Origin: Raillietiella orientalis
Lineage: Eukaryota
NCBI GenBank assembly: GCA_036172245.1
Contig: JAYWIR010000001.1
Coordinates: forward strand, 2,294,001 to 2,358,000
Direction: 5' to 3'
Length of the DNA: 64,000 nt
Positions 22,961 through 35,963 of the stretch are shown in pieces. The notes beneath the pieces were generated by a model. That model saw nothing but the letters and a program-made list of their open reading frames with translations. It did not search any database and was not told the DNA's origin. Position 1 is the stretch's first letter, and every line of letters begins with the position of its first letter. Both the position numbers and the translations under genes were made by a program.

Positions 22961-25815
22961 TTCAACATCAGCCTGCTGTCAGGTGCGGCGAAGAAAAAGT
23001 CTACCTCGGTTAACGAGATGTGTGCTGCGATGCACGCGTCCAACCTGTCAGCCGGGGAGCCCGGAATGGACGGAAACGTGGATTACTTCTTCTACGACGA
23101 GCACCAGCTCTCCCGCGTGGGGAGACGAGGAAAGGCGCGGTCCACACTCCGGCCACTCCCGGGTGAAACTTGAAATTCGTCCGCGTGACAAGAAATTCTC
23201 CCCCCCTCCCGCAAGCGTGGCAACTTCCGAGGGACTGGCTCAACATGTCAGGTGCAACAGAACACCTCCGCGCGTTCCTGCAGTGCAGACGCTCGATGAC
23301 TGAGACGATTTGAAGGTCTGGGTCCGAAAGCTCTGCGAGCGTTTCCCCCTGGATCGTCTTCTGAGAGGATTCGGCGAGGGTGTTCGTAACAAAAGACTTG
23401 CAGGCTCGTCACTACACCCAAATACCGGACATCCACCGACCAGCAGAGTACAAAGCCGGGGCTGTGAGGCAAGCCTGGCAATCCGGGTCGGTCAGGCAGC
23501 TGAACGACAGTAGTCAGGAGCACTTGAACCCTGCGGCAGTAAAGCATTTAGTGCGCAGTTATTATTCCTTCCAGCACTCTAGGGCATCTCGGTTCTTGCT
23601 TCCGAAAGGCGCAGCAGCGATCGGGGAGGAGAAGAGAGCACGTATCGACAAGCCTCTCATGATGGGTGAAATCATCACCGCATTCGGGAAGCTCAAGAGG
23701 CGGAAGGCGCCAGAGGAGGACGGTCTGTCCGTGGATCTTCGCGGAAAAGCCGACCTCCCTGGTACAGCGCTTCACGCCGCTATTTCGGGAGACAGGTGAC
23801 GTTCCCGCCTCCTTTCGATCGGTACGGACGTGTGCCCCCCCCCCCGACTTACGAAACCTCAGCAACTGGCGACCGATCACCGTGTTGAACGCGGACGCCA
23901 AGTTGCTGGCAAAACTTTGGTCGGAGCGATTGGGGAGGGCGACAGACTCCGTAATTAACCCGGAGCAAGCCTACGCTGTTCCCGGGCGGAGCATGGACTC
24001 CCACCTGCTCTGTGAACACCTAGCTCGAGCTCCAGAGGCGCAGTCGTCATGCAGCCACCACGTGTGCGTGGCCGCAAAGAACCTCCCTAGCTGCGGCACT
24101 GTCCTTCTTTAGAGAGCACTTGAGCAGTAACCAGCCTATCAAATGGGAGGTCAACTGCAAAATAGGTCTTCGGACGAAGGAACTAGGTGGTTGGAGCACG
24201 GGCAGGTTCACCGACGCCGCGACCCCAAGTGCCCCACCGAAAAGACTGCTCTGGGAGGAACTGCTAGGAATTCTACAGGAAGACTTCGAGTGACTCCTCT
24301 CGCTGAAGAACAGCCGGGTCCTCCCCCTGAACTGGCCGGATTCGGCACTTCTGCTGTTGCACTGGGGTATCCCGTGCAACGCCCTCCGCTCCCACTAAAC
24401 CCGGGGACTGTGGACCCTAACTGTTGCAGGTGAGGGGAACGGGAATCTTTCCAGCACCTGCTTATGCACTGTGTCGCCCTCCTGCCCCTGCGGTTGCGTT
24501 ACCCAACGACCTTTGGTGCATTGACTGACAATCCAAGGGACGTGATGAAGCGCTTCTTCGTGCGCGATGTCCCTTCATCTGTCTTCGCTTTTTTTTTTGG
24601 TTCGCTAAGTGCTCCTCAAGAGGCGGTCGCATGCCTCGCGGCGCACGTAGCTCTTTTAAACACACTGTTTTGTTTACACGCCACTCCGCTTGCGGCAGCC
24701 CGCAGGGGGGGCGCATGAACTTTTCAGGATAGGGGACAATCCCGGGTTGGAAGAGTCCGCCCTATGAATCCAGGAAGGGCTCGGAGTCCCTTCCTCCCAC
24801 TCTTCTGGAAAGATTCCCCTCCATCCGGGGGGATCGCACCTCCTACCCCGGTTGTCTCCGAAGGGAACCTCTCCTGTTCACTTCTATGAAGGGAACCCCG
24901 AAGGGACGCTTCCGAAACTCAGAAGAGGCGCTGCAGCTTCCCGCAGGGAATCGCTCTCGCTTGCTTTCTTGCACTCTGTGAAGAGTCGACGACTCGGAGG
25001 GGCCCCCCCGCAACAGGGGGAATCCGCTCCTTTGAACTGGAGAGGTGTCCGTGAGGGCTCCTGCTCCATCTTGAAACCGGAGGCGGTCCCTCTGGTGAGC
25101 GGGTCCGCTCTCCATTGTACGACCAGAGAGGGAACTCCCCACTCCTTGATTCTTGGAACGACCCGAAGGCCGACTCCCATTGTTCCGGCCTTCATCGGGG
25201 GCCTCCGACTCATCCACCGCCGGGACCACGCCCGAATGTCTCGGCCAACCAGCGCCATCTTGCAGGAAAAACTCGTAACCCAACGACGCAGTGGCGTCAG
25301 TTTCTGCCGGAGTATTCGAACCCGCGACGCATGGTACCACACGCGGAAGCCTTAACCACAAGGCCTCCGACGCGGGCATGCCCCTTCGTCTGCAGCACCC
25401 CAGCAGTTCTCTGTTGCCTCCGCGAAACTGTAATGGCGTGGAGTTACGCAAGAGCAGGACGGCGCGATAGGGACGTCATCTGCTTCGCCCTGAGCTCCAT
25501 GAGGAAGGCAGCTAGATGGCCCCACCTGGGGCACACTTGGATGGAACTTGCCGGCATCCTGGAAAGGATGCAGTGGACGGCCTCCAGCGGACTGTGATCC
25601 TTCCCTAACCTTACCAATTTTTTTTTATATGCATTTTTTGGTTTCTTTTTTATTTTGGGTTTGCCCCCTCCCCTCCGCTACCGAGGCGAACGTCGCCGGC
25701 CTGCATGCCAGTTACTGAACAGCTTCCGAAAATTTTGGGGCGTTGTAGGACCGATGACCCTACACTCGTAGGTTTATTTTTCATAATAAACGTCCCGGTG
25801 TGACCTGGTGATAAA
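22961..25815 (+). mobile_element. L1/Tx1-like LINE family 1, internally deleted ORF2 relic interrupted by a SINE
   Basis: APE-endonuclease end (VDYFF...PHSGHSRV), KAPEEDGL, RT start NWRPITVLNADAKLLAK...INPEQAYAVPGR, then a jump to the C-terminal region (LLLHWGIPC...HLLMHC). 3' UTR with AATAAA at 25785-25790 and terminal hairpin. Confidence 0.9.
24589..25373 (-). mobile_element. SINE family A, full-length copy nested in the LINE, with target-site duplication
   Basis: T tract at 24589-24598 and tRNA-like head ending at ~25373 (ggccttgtggttaaggc A box; gggttcgaat B box). Flanked by atgtcccttcatctg (24567-24581) and atgccccttcgtctg (25378-25392). Confidence 0.9.
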
Positions 25816-25819
25816 GCAA

Positions 25820-26922
25820 GCCCTTTACTTCGCCGAAAGAGTCTTTTTGCCCGGAAACGAGGAGTGGCAGCGTTTACCAACTCAATCATCTTGCAGCCAT
25901 TCAGGTGTTTTTTGACTCTTGCAATGGTGCAGGAGTACTCCCATCCCAACGGTTGGCCGCTGTCATTTCTTGTCCTCAGGGCCGACAGCTCTGCGGCAAA
26001 GAGTGTATTCGGGACCACTGAGTCTAATCCAGCAGATCGCCCAGCGGTTTGCGTGGGAAACTGCAGCGGTCGCAGTTCCTCTGGGTCCACATCCAAAGTG
26101 GCAGCGCAGGACTCCAGGGCCTCCTGCCGCCAGGCATTCCAGTGTATGAGGGGGCAAGAGATCCACGGGTGGGTTACCAGTAACGAGGACGAATACCTTA
26201 GTGGGTGACCAAATCCGGTTCTACGGCATAGGTTGCGCGGCAGCAGCGAAAGAAGTCCTGCGCTCTCCACGCATCGCTAGAGGATGTGGTGTGTCGGAAC
26301 ACACCAATGGGAAGACCACAATTTCGTACACAGGGTGAGAAGTCGGAATTGGACCTGCAATCCGATCTCAATGGCCAGGACGCCCAAGCTAGCGTTCTGA
26401 CGCGACCCCACCAAGTCTTTCAGGAGGATTTGGGACCTTGCAGCTCCCCACATGGTTTTTCATAGGAGGCGCTGCGCCCTCTTGATGTTTTGGAAACCTC
26501 AACGAAGCCCATGGACTTTCGTTGATCCAGGTGATTCTTAATCGGCGATCCCCAGCTGCTTTCCCGTTAGCGCAGCGCAGAGGCGAATCTTGTCCTCAAT
26601 GACGCCTCAAAAACGACTTGAACCTTCCAAGATCGTCTTCCGACAGGGGGTGTTGGTATCTTCTTCATTCCACGTCCAGAGTATTCGGGAATTATCGAAG
26701 ATAGTTGTACATCAGATCCATTTACAATTATGTATACATCTTGGACACAGACCAATCTGGTAATTTCCTAATGAATTCTTCGACCACGCGAAAGAATTAG
26801 CTCGAGAGCGGATGTCAGCTGAGGAATCTGCAACCGCAGCCCCCGACGCCTATGCTCACTCCGAGGCCTTTGGACCCACAGCTCTTTTGCAAATTGCCAT
26901 CCACAGTGGAGATCCTCTAAAC
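25820..26922 (-). mobile_element. Ty3/gypsy pol relic (RT end to integrase), left of the hAT insertion
   Basis: Degenerate RT motifs DLHCGWQ (cf. DLxxGYWQ) and LVCVQDVYIIVNG (cf. YLDDIIV). Integrase-like LRPLQFPTQTAGRSAGLDSVVP and ELVNAATPRFRAKRLF (cf. IVSDNGPQF). Confidence 0.45.
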
Positions 26923-29506
26923 CATAGATTCTCAACCTTTTTTTCTCGCGGGCCACATACATATACTATCTGCGTCACGCGGACCGCAACATACGATATC
27001 CTATACCTCGTAGTATATTAATATAAAAATTAAAACAAACCTTAATAAATCCAAATATTCATTTAAAGATTAATGGGATTTTTTATATTTGAACAAATCG
27101 TTTATAATTTTTGAGAAATCAGATTTATAACTGCTACATGCTACTCTTAATACATCATCCAGGTGAGAATCAGTAAGCCGATTTCTATACAAGTCCTAGG
27201 CATATTTCATTTTAGAATAGGGCGATTCGCAAAGATATGTTGATGCGAGAAACGTGAGCAGCATCTGTGCACACTTTTGTACAGTCTTGTATTTTTCAGG
27301 AACCAGCTTCCCAAATGCAGCATGCCTCTCTTCCTCTCTCTTCTCTTTAAAGATGACCTCCAGATTCGTGTCGTTTTTGAGCTCGATGAATTCGAGAAAT
27401 AGAGTTGCATAATCATGTCCCAATGCAGCTGGTTTGGTAATAACTGCTGTTTCCAGATGCCAGGGATTTTCTACTAGCAATAGGCAGTTCTTATTATTCC
27501 TTAAATCTTGAAATCTGCTCTTGAATTCTTCGGATAAGGCAGCTAAATAATTTGAAATTATTGTACACTTTTCTGGAGAAATTTCAATACCATCTTGTTT
27601 AGCTTCTGTTATGGCTGGAAAATTATGGAGTATTTGGTTTTGTATTCGCTCGCAATAAATGCTCAGTTCCTCTTCCGTGGCAAATACTTGGTTTGCCACC
27701 TGCGAAATCATTTGATTTCCACCCTGTAAACCACGACTGAGTAAAGCACCATTTTCAATTTCGCTGTAAGCTTTGTTTTCCTGTTGCAAAAATAAAATAA
27801 TTTCTTGAGGTAAAGAAAAAAACCGATCTCTGCTCAGCCATCGCACCGAGATGTGTAGAAGAAGGTCGGCATACTCACTGCCAACTTCTTCCAAAAGGTT
27901 TTTAAACTTTCTGCGGTTCAGCTCTCTTGAACGGATTCAGATATTTGTGACCGTCTTCATCATCTCTGGTGTGAAGATGCGTGCTGCCACGTTTCCTCGG
28001 GGAATGATACAGAGAAACGATGAGAGATTTGCTAAATTGCATTTTGGTTTCAATGAGGAAACGAATCCGTTTCCGGATACGGTCATTGAAGCACATCCAT
28101 CTGTGCACACACAAACTAATTTCTCCATGTCAATATGATTCTTTTCCAGAAATGGTACGAGATAATCTTTGCCTCTGGTTAGATGCCTCGTAGGAAGAGA
28201 TTTTAAAAGATCTTCGTGGATTAAATTCTGCCCACGACAGTATCGGACGGAAACGGAATGCTGCGATGCTGCTGAAATGCCGAGGCCAGAATCAAAAAGC
28301 AGGTTCGAGTATTTACAAGTCTTCAAATCTTCTATGATGTGATCAGAGATGTGTTTTGCAGCATCTTCTTCAATGCGCCAAACGCAAGTAGAATCCGAGA
28401 GTTGCATATTTTGAATTTGCGATATTATGTGGTTTTTATTACGAAATCCATCAGATAATACATTGGATGCATCGATGGAGCATTATTTCTCAATTTCTGC
28501 GTCAGTAAATGGTTTCATGTGTTTGCCAAGTATGCAACAAATTTCGTATGATGCTTTTGTCCCTTGGGTCACGTCTGTATCTTGATATCTCGTTGTTGTT
28601 GCAACGACTTCTTGAAAAAGTGAAGTTTTCACTTCTTATCAGAGACCCGCGAGGAAAAGTGTCACTAAATGATTCGGGTTTCGTGACATAATGACGATCC
28701 CTGTCATGCTTTTTTAATATTGCACTTTCACGGCCAAGCAAACAATTTGTTCAACCGCGTTTATTTTTTGTTGTGAAAAATTGTAATTTAATTTTTGTTC
28801 ATCCTTCCACTTGTCTTGAAACAATCTATTTTCGTAGGATATTTTTTCGTTTGTTCTTTGAAGACGTTCCTGCCAGCATCGATGGAAAAAAATGGTACGT
28901 TTGAAATTAAAAGAAACAAAACTGTGACGCACGCAAAACAAAACTACACAACCAGAACACAGCTAAACAAGACAAAACTGTCAAGCATCGAGGTGACTAC
29001 ACTACCAAAAAACAGTTGGCGCAATGAGATTGACTCGCTGCAAACAAGTAAGCGATCCGTAACCAGGCGACCGGATGCTGCCCAAGCGCGTGCGCAGTCG
29101 GTGCCGCTAGCCGACCGTGATCCGTTCGGGTCGTGGGTTCGGTCGGTGTTTTCATAAGGAATAAATGCTGCATCAGCGGCACCAAAAGATGATGAAAGTT
29201 TTGCAAGATGGGTAGAACTTTAATTTTAACATGCGTTTGAGAAATCTAAAATTTGACCACAGAGCAGGTGCCCTCTAAATCTTTGTTTGTGAGAACTGTA
29301 AGCTACTTATTATAATAATTTTATTTAATAATACTGTAATAATTTAAATAATTATAATTAATCGAATAATGAATGATAAAATAATATAATGTCTAGTGTG
29401 TTATCGATGTAAAAGGTTCCATGCTCGTATATGTAACAAATAAAAAAATAACTTCGGTTTCGGGCCGCACATATAGGCTCGCCGGGCCGTGGGTTGAATA
29501 TGGATG
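26923..29506 (-). mobile_element. hAT DNA transposon (Buster/SPIN/Charlie-like), complete but inactive
   Basis: Imperfect 15-bp TIRs catagattctcaacc / ggttgaatatggatg, subterminal gggccrca motifs, 8-bp TSD ctctaaac (26915-26922) / ctctctac (29507-29514), AT-rich flanking regions, transposase inside. Confidence 0.9.
27070..28879 (-). pseudogene. hAT transposase pseudogene (GTF2IRD2/SCAND3/ZBED-like)
   Basis: RLFQDKW, QLSDSTCVWRI, VCTDGCASM, LLLHISVRWLSR, FLASTYLCESPYSKMK..YRNRLTDSHLDDVLRV (hATC dimerisation domain). Broken by frameshifts and stops. Confidence 0.93.
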
Positions 29507-29514
29507 CTCTCTAC

Positions 29515-30400
29515 TTAACAGTTGGACTGACTGGAAGTGGAGGGCGCCGACATGGTCCGGAAGAGGAGGTTTTTAAAGAACACGAAGTCGACATTCCTTC
29601 CGTGCAGAACTGGAACTCTCAGCTCGTTTCTCTTATGGGAGCGCAATGGGTGTACTTTGCGAACAGAGGTTCTCTGCAGCTGCTGTGGACGGCATAGCAG
29701 CACACGGCATCGTGGAAGGACACTGTGGAGGAGCAGTTTGCCTGAGTTTGGAGCACCTCCGATAGCATGTTAAGGATCGTCATCCTGTTAGGTCCTGGGG
29801 AACTAGGTGATCATCGCTTGTCGCTACCACGGATGGTCTCTTAATAGCGGGGGAATCAACTTCAGGGGCTCGCCGGCGCTGCCCGAAACCCAGTCGCCGT
29901 GGAAACGACCTTCAGAGGAAGCTGGGAACTCGAAGAAAGCGTTTCAAGACGGAGGCCAGGAAGCAAAAGAACGAAAAAAGATGCTGCTGTGCCCTCAGGG
30001 CGAAGAAAAATCTCGCTTGACCTCAGTTCGCGGAGTTTCCGCCAGCATCTTCACCTCTAACCCTGGAACTCACTCACAGTCATTGCTGTTCATCCGTCAG
30101 TGATCTCATAGAAGGGTCGGTAGAAGACTTCTGGTAGGAAGCGAGGATAGCGGCGGAAATTCCACTGTGGCCCGTGGATGTGACTCTCTTCCCGCCTGTT
30201 CGCTTCCAAATGAGAGGATACACGAGTGGCTGGGAAGGCGAAATAGGTTGAGGAATAGGGAGCATCAAAAGTTCTGCCCCATTTCGCACGTCGTCCATCG
30301 AGCTTAGAGTGAAATTGGAATGGACGAATTGTGGTCTCGAGCAATCTATAATTTGGATACAACTGCAATGCTGAAGAGCTGATCAACAGGAAAGGGGGTA
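29515..30400 (-). mobile_element. Probable upstream part of the same Ty3/gypsy relic, right of the hAT insertion
   Basis: Minus-strand NVDFVFFKNLL (cf. CVDYRxLN) leads across the hAT TSD into DLHCGWQ on the other side. Heavily decayed. Confidence 0.35.
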
Positions 30401-30949
30401 CCCTCATTTGCAGGAACGGATGCAGAGGCCATGGACCGATTCGCGAACGAGAGTTCGGAAGTCCACTGCCTATTCACAGCGATGTGCCGTTTCTTCGCGG
30501 AGGACGCGCCTTCCCGGGGATTCCCGCTCGCGGGCTCTCCGGGATGGCGGCAGAGAGCTGGGTTTCCGTGGACCACCTATCTCCCACCCGAGACGCCTTC
30601 GGCATCGGAAAGCGGCCAGGAGAACCTGGTTCTCGGGATCTTTGAGTCCCGAGGCGCGCCGAGAAGAAATCCCCCTTTCCACCCGACGGTAAGGAGCGAC
30701 CGGATGGGGAACGCGACCCTATGAGGACTCCCTGACTCGCGCATTCGGGAGTACCGGAACGCAGTCCCCTGAAGAGAGAGGCGGGCAGAGAGAAGAAGTG
30801 ATGTTGACGTTGCATCATCTCCCCTCTCATCCTCTCTCGTTCTCCTCCTTCCTTCCTTCCTCCTTCCCTCCGTCCTCCCTTCTCAAAAGATGACGGCTCC
30901 CGTCTGAGCTTTGAGAGGAAGACGCTGCCTCCGGAGCTGCCGTGAAGCA

Positions 30950-31260
30950 CCGAAGGCATCCAGAATGAGGTGAAGGAGGAATCCGACATCTATCCTGCAG
31001 GGGAATAGCATGCAACTCCCACCCATCCGCGTCTCTAAAAGCCTCCCACGATGGCGAAGTCATCCCTAAGCGTTCTGAAAGTCTTCTGGGCGCGGCAAGA
31101 CCCCAGAGAGACGTCTGTTGCCACACGGCTGCGAGAGCGATAGACATCATCATAGGACCAGAGCGAGCGTGGCTGCTGAGAGAGTGGCTCCACTATGCTG
31201 CATGACCTGAGTGACCTGGGCAGTGGAGGGGAAACCGAAAAATCGAAAATTCTGCAGCTA
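30950..31260 (-). mobile_element. Possible LINE APE-endonuclease N-terminal relic
   Basis: RSLRS...YDD / IALAAVW (cf. NxRSL...DIIxLxETW) and FRDADGWELHAI (cf. RxDR..GGVAI) across frameshifts. Confidence 0.3.
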
Positions 31261-32139
31261 GTCTCATGCAAGCTCCACGACCACCTTCAGGAGCTACTTT
31301 CGTCTTGGGCGCGAAGGTAGCAGTGCCGCAGGGGCCGCTGCGGTTGCGGGGGCCCTGTGACGACTCGCGCGCTCCCTTGACCTCTTGTGTGCTCCTTGTT
31401 CCACTTCGCCTTTCCACAGTTCCAGGTAGTGGGACACCAGAAGCATCCACGAGGCTTGGCAAATGGTGGAACTCTGCAAAAGGCCTCAGCTCGGAGTCCG
31501 AAACGGGGAGAAAGGGCACTGCTTTTGCCGATTGGGTAGGATGGGTGGGCGGGTCCATCGCATCTCCAGGGAGAGCGCGGGAACGGGAGGAATTTCTCCG
31601 AATTTCGCTCGTAGAAGCTCCAGGCAGAGGAAGCTATCGGGTCGTTCGCGGTGCTCTACTCGCGACTGCGGCACCTGTCACGAGCGCGTCACTCCGAGCG
31701 CGCGGGACGTTTCCACTTCCCGGGACTCCATTAGCATGCAAGGGAACCACCGCTCTATCTGATTGAAATTCTCCCGTTAACCCTTTCTGGTTAATTGCCA
31801 ACTTCCTCAAACCAGTAGAACTGATTTCCTTCCGAGGAAGAGATGCGAAAGACGTTTCGGGATGAGGAAAAATCAGAGAGGCAATCAGGAAGATGCGTCC
31901 CTGGCTTTGTTGCTCGAGCAGCCCCTCATCTGCTCACGAGGAGGGAAGAGATCCTTCGCTAGCTCCGCTGCAGATGCTTGCGGGACGGTTCACATCGGCT
32001 CACAGATTCGGTCCATGGGGCCGGGGTTTGGGATGCCCTTGCACGCAGACCGTAGCCACATAGCCTCCGACACGGGCATCCAGCAATGGCATGGACAAAG
32101 TATTTATAACATCGCGAGAATGCACTCAAAGGCCCTCTC

Positions 32140-32532
32140 CTTTTTGGCATCGGAAGCGGTGCCAGTTTCGTCCACTGACGCACCCGAATAGGCCAACCAG
32201 CGTCATCCTGCTAGGGACACTTGAAATCCGCGACTCACCCCCCATTCTCGATGCCGCCCTGTCTCGCCCTCTCACAGGAGTACGGCAGCTCACAGGAGCT
32301 CCTGCCGAAGGAAAACAAACGAGAGACAGGTGTTTCGTCGCATCTTCAGCGACTTCCGTCGAAGTGCGACCAACGTTCTTGGCAGCAGTCCATGGGCCAC
32401 AGCCTCCATCCGGCACCCAAGTGCTGTCCACATCGGCAAGGAGCTTGACGGAGCGCCTAGCGACCAAACGGAATTCCCGGTGTCGTGCCCTTCTCCAGGC
32501 GGGATTCGAACCCGCGACTCTCGGCACCACTG
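32140..32532 (-). mobile_element. SINE family A, 5' portion split by a ~240-bp insertion
   Basis: ggccaaccagcgtcatcctg...ccgcgactcacccccattctcg (32190-32250) and ggcgggattcgaacccgcgactctcggcacca (32497-32529) are adjacent in other copies. Confidence 0.7.
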
Positions 32533-33774
32533 GCCAAGTACGACTGCCAGCATGGGAGGATTCGATCCACCATGCCCGTTCTCATTCCTTCGAGCGGGAA
32601 GCGAGCGGGGTTTCCCGGAGAAGGCCAATCAGATTACTCTGGCATCCTCGAGTCGGCTCTCCTTCCGATGGAACGCCATGAGAACGAAGAGTCCCAACCC
32701 TTCTGGTGATGGAAGATAAATCGCCCGAGGAGGCAGGAATGCGAAGCGTTGCTTCATCACCTGCCAGCAAAAGTTGATGCCGCGCTCTTCGGATTCTTCG
32801 GAAGACTCAAGCAGACATGGAGACGGAGCGAATGGTGCGCGAGCCGAGCTGAAAGGCAGGAGAGCGCACTCCGAAGCTACCATCGTGGAGACCGCATTTC
32901 GCAAGAGGAGATTCATCGCGACTGGACCAAGCGTGCAACTGAGGTCACATTCCAGAATGCCGCCAGAGGGCTTTCAGTAACCAGCGCGTCCTGATGGTGG
33001 GGACACGCTGGTTGCGACCCTGAAGGCTTCTTGAAGGAAACGGGGGTTTGCGACATTCCTGGGAGCTTCACGAGGATTAACAGGCAAGCGAGGAATCCCT
33101 GGAATTCGCTTCCCCTCCCCTTCTGCTCGCTTCGCACGTGCGGGCTTCACACGTGTTTTTTTCCCAAGCGCCAGAAAATTCATCGCCGCGTGGGATGCGC
33201 CCGCAGAAGTGGATTCTGCGCCGGAGGACGAATCCGCGACTCCTGACCCAATTATCCCCAGTACCCGGGGAATAAAGGGAGCGTCTAATTAGCTGGGGAT
33301 CACATGAGATTTGAAAAGCTAATTAAACCCAGTCGAGGGAACATCCTGAAAAAGGAATTCGGCCTGGATACTTTGAATATACGGTGCGGGATACGCGGAA
33401 AGGTCTGGCCTGGGACGCGGGCGGGACTCGAAGTTCATCCATGAATTCTAATGACGTCGCGTCGGGCTGAACGCCGACCAGAAATTAACAGCCGCTGAAG
33501 GCAAACAAATGCTGGGAGTCGACGGCTGCGCGCCGGCGTTTGGGATTCATTACGTTCTTCCGCAGCTCCCTCTTTTTGCTCGCTGACCCCTCTGTCCGCT
33601 TGCTAGACGCTTCGTCAGGCTCCTGGGCAGCTTTTCGCTGCCGAACATAGACGATGGCTTCCGTCACATCCGCTCATGGAGAGCGCAGCTTTGAAGGATC
33701 GGCAAATCCACCTCCTGTTAACTTGTAATTCGACGTCGCCCGTCGACTGCTTCCTCGCCCCTGCTGCCCCGAAC

Positions 33775-34310
33775 ACCCTCCGGGATGATTCCAGGAATCA
33801 ACAATCCGGTTCCCTTTGAGTTTCCTCTTCCGGCTGCGAAGATGCAGTCGTCCAACTCGCACCATGGAGTTGGTGGATGGATGATGCCTCTCCAGAGTGT
33901 GGAGAAGCGCTCTGCTCCCTTCGTGAAAATCTGGAATCATCCCTTTGTGGTTCCCTCTAGACAAGCAATTCAAGAGAGGATGCTTTCCTGCTTCCCTTTG
34001 GAATAGAGATGAGGGATGGCATTCTTCGAAGATTCCCTCTGGAGAGAATAAGGGAGAGGTTCCTTTCAGGATTGCCTTCGGAGACAACCAGGGCGAGGGT
34101 TCCCTTAGAGGTTCCCCTCCCAAGCGTAAGAGGAACGGACTGCTTCCTCCAGAGTCTTCCCTCATTCATAGGGTAGTGCTTTCCCTGGTATTCTCTATTT
34201 TGAAGAGCTAAAACGCACACTCTGGTGGCATGGACAGCGTCAAAGAGCTTCGTCAACCCCCTAAGGAGGTTCTTCAGCACTTGGCGAACCAGAAGAAAAG
34301 GAAAAGAAAA
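33775..34310 (+). mobile_element. SINE family A, 5'-truncated copy
   Basis: Reverse complement of the 15.9-kb copy body. Ends ttcttcagcacttggcgaacc plus A-rich tail. Confidence 0.85.
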
Positions 34311-35524
34311 CCTGAGATGAAAAAAAGGCTCAGGAACTCCTGAGATCTGCCTCCGAAGATCGGTCTGAATTGCTGCCGTGCTTCCACTTGGTCTCCAGGC
34401 TCGATTCCAAGTTCCCGAAACAAGTTCCTTTGCTCCGGGTCCTGGAATCGCCCGCCGGCATTCCCAGGTGCGTAGTAAATGCCTACGTCACTGAAGCCGT
34501 AGGAAATCTCTCTCTCTTCGTCAGGAGGTCTCCAAAACCGCGGCGGGAGGGTGCCTCCGGCCCTGCTGCCCAGGTTTCTCGACTCCGGACACCTCGGGAT
34601 CGTCATCACCCTCGGATCTCCCAGGAACCCCGCGGAAAACGGGAATCGGCCGTTCCTCTCCGCCGGCGCGCACGGAAGATGCGAGCAGATCGATCCGAGC
34701 CGCTCCCGGATACCCGCCCCGGAGTGAGGAAATTCCCATCACGCCCTCATCCGTGCTTGTTGATTGATCCCTGTGTTGCCTGCCTCCTCCTCTCTCTGAT
34801 CCCATCGCACAAATTTTTGAAGAACGCAAGAGCGCTTTCGGCGCGACCCTCACCAAACCGGGAGAGGGAACGATCGAGAGAAGAGTAGCGAGGACGCAAG
34901 GGAAACCCAGTTCCCACTCGTGCAAGATGACGCCAAGGACGCCGAAAACAAATCACGGAGCTGGAAGAGCAGATCTGAGAGTCGATTGCTCCAGAATCAG
35001 GGATGCAAGAATAACAAATGCTTCATGTTTCAAGCGGGCGGAATCCGAGGGCAGAAAGAGTTGGGGATATGAGGACGCATTACCTAAAGAGAACAGCCGG
35101 GATAAATGTCTCCTCAGAAAGTGGAACATCCCTCCCTCCGCCTGTTACCATTCAGGCGGACAGTTTCGGATCCCCCTCCACAAAATGGTACTTCTTCGGA
35201 ATTCGGTTGCCTCCGTTGAGTAGCCGAGAAATGGAAGATGACCCTCCGGGGTCCTTCCAGGAATCGAGGAGCCTTTCGAGGTTTCCCTACGGTTGTGAAA
35301 ACGAAGGCGTGCCCGGATTGCGGTGCTCCCTGTATCAGTCAATCGTGGACGCCTCTCGCGTCCTTCAGGAGCCCTCAACAGCTTGGCCACGGCATTTCGT
35401 TCTCTAGGGACGAAGCCCTCGACTGCCGCAGCAGGCCACCACGTCGTGGGTCGTCGGTCGCGTGTTGACGGAATCCCCGCTATTCCGCCTGGTTGCTTCA
35501 GAAGCTACGGAAATCCACTCACCC

Positions 35525-35963
35525 GCGGTGGAGGTCGCATGGCTGTGGCCTCCGTTGGCGTGGCACCAACACTCGTGGGTTCGAATCCCGCCAGAGGAAA
35601 GGCTGACTTCTCGAGGAATGGAGGTGCGTCGTGGATTTCGAATCTTTCTCCCACAGGGTGACTCTGGTTGGCCTCGGTTGGCTTCGGGAGCGGTACTGTT
35701 GACAGGCGGATGGCCCCCTTTACTGCCTGGGATTAGAAGTTGACCCTCCGGGGTCATTATAGGAATCCAAGAGTCCTTCAGAATTCCCCCGCGGTTACTA
35801 AAATGGATCTGGTTAATATACCCCTTTTGTGGGTATGCCCCTCCTCCTGAGCTTCTAACTAAAGTCACACGCATCTTCAGGTGGCTTGGACGGTGCCAAA
35901 GAGCTCCGTCAGCCCCGCTTAGGAGGTTCTTCAGCATGTGACGAACCAAAAAAAGAAAAGAAA
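35525..35963 (+). mobile_element. SINE family A, short variant lacking the central sub-repeat block
   Basis: Head with gggttcgaatcccgcc B box (35577-35592), conserved domain through ggaatcc, then directly the 3' tail ttcttcagcatgtgacgaacc plus A tail. Confidence 0.8.

Noticed and set aside
25300..25373. tRNA genes at the GGTTCGAATCC motifs (also 16.5, 32.5, 35.6, 60.2 and 60.9 kb)
   Set aside because: No consistent acceptor stem or anticodon arm, and always attached to the same repeat body, so these are SINE heads.
31777..31795. piggyBac-like end TTAACCCTTT
   Set aside because: No matching opposite TIR with TTAA and no transposase remnant found.
34225..34290. Hammerhead ribozyme in the antisense SINE tail (CTGAAGA plus stem)
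   Set aside because: The stem is not followed by the required GAAA core, and the copies at 2.3 kb and 35.9 kb do not preserve a hammerhead.
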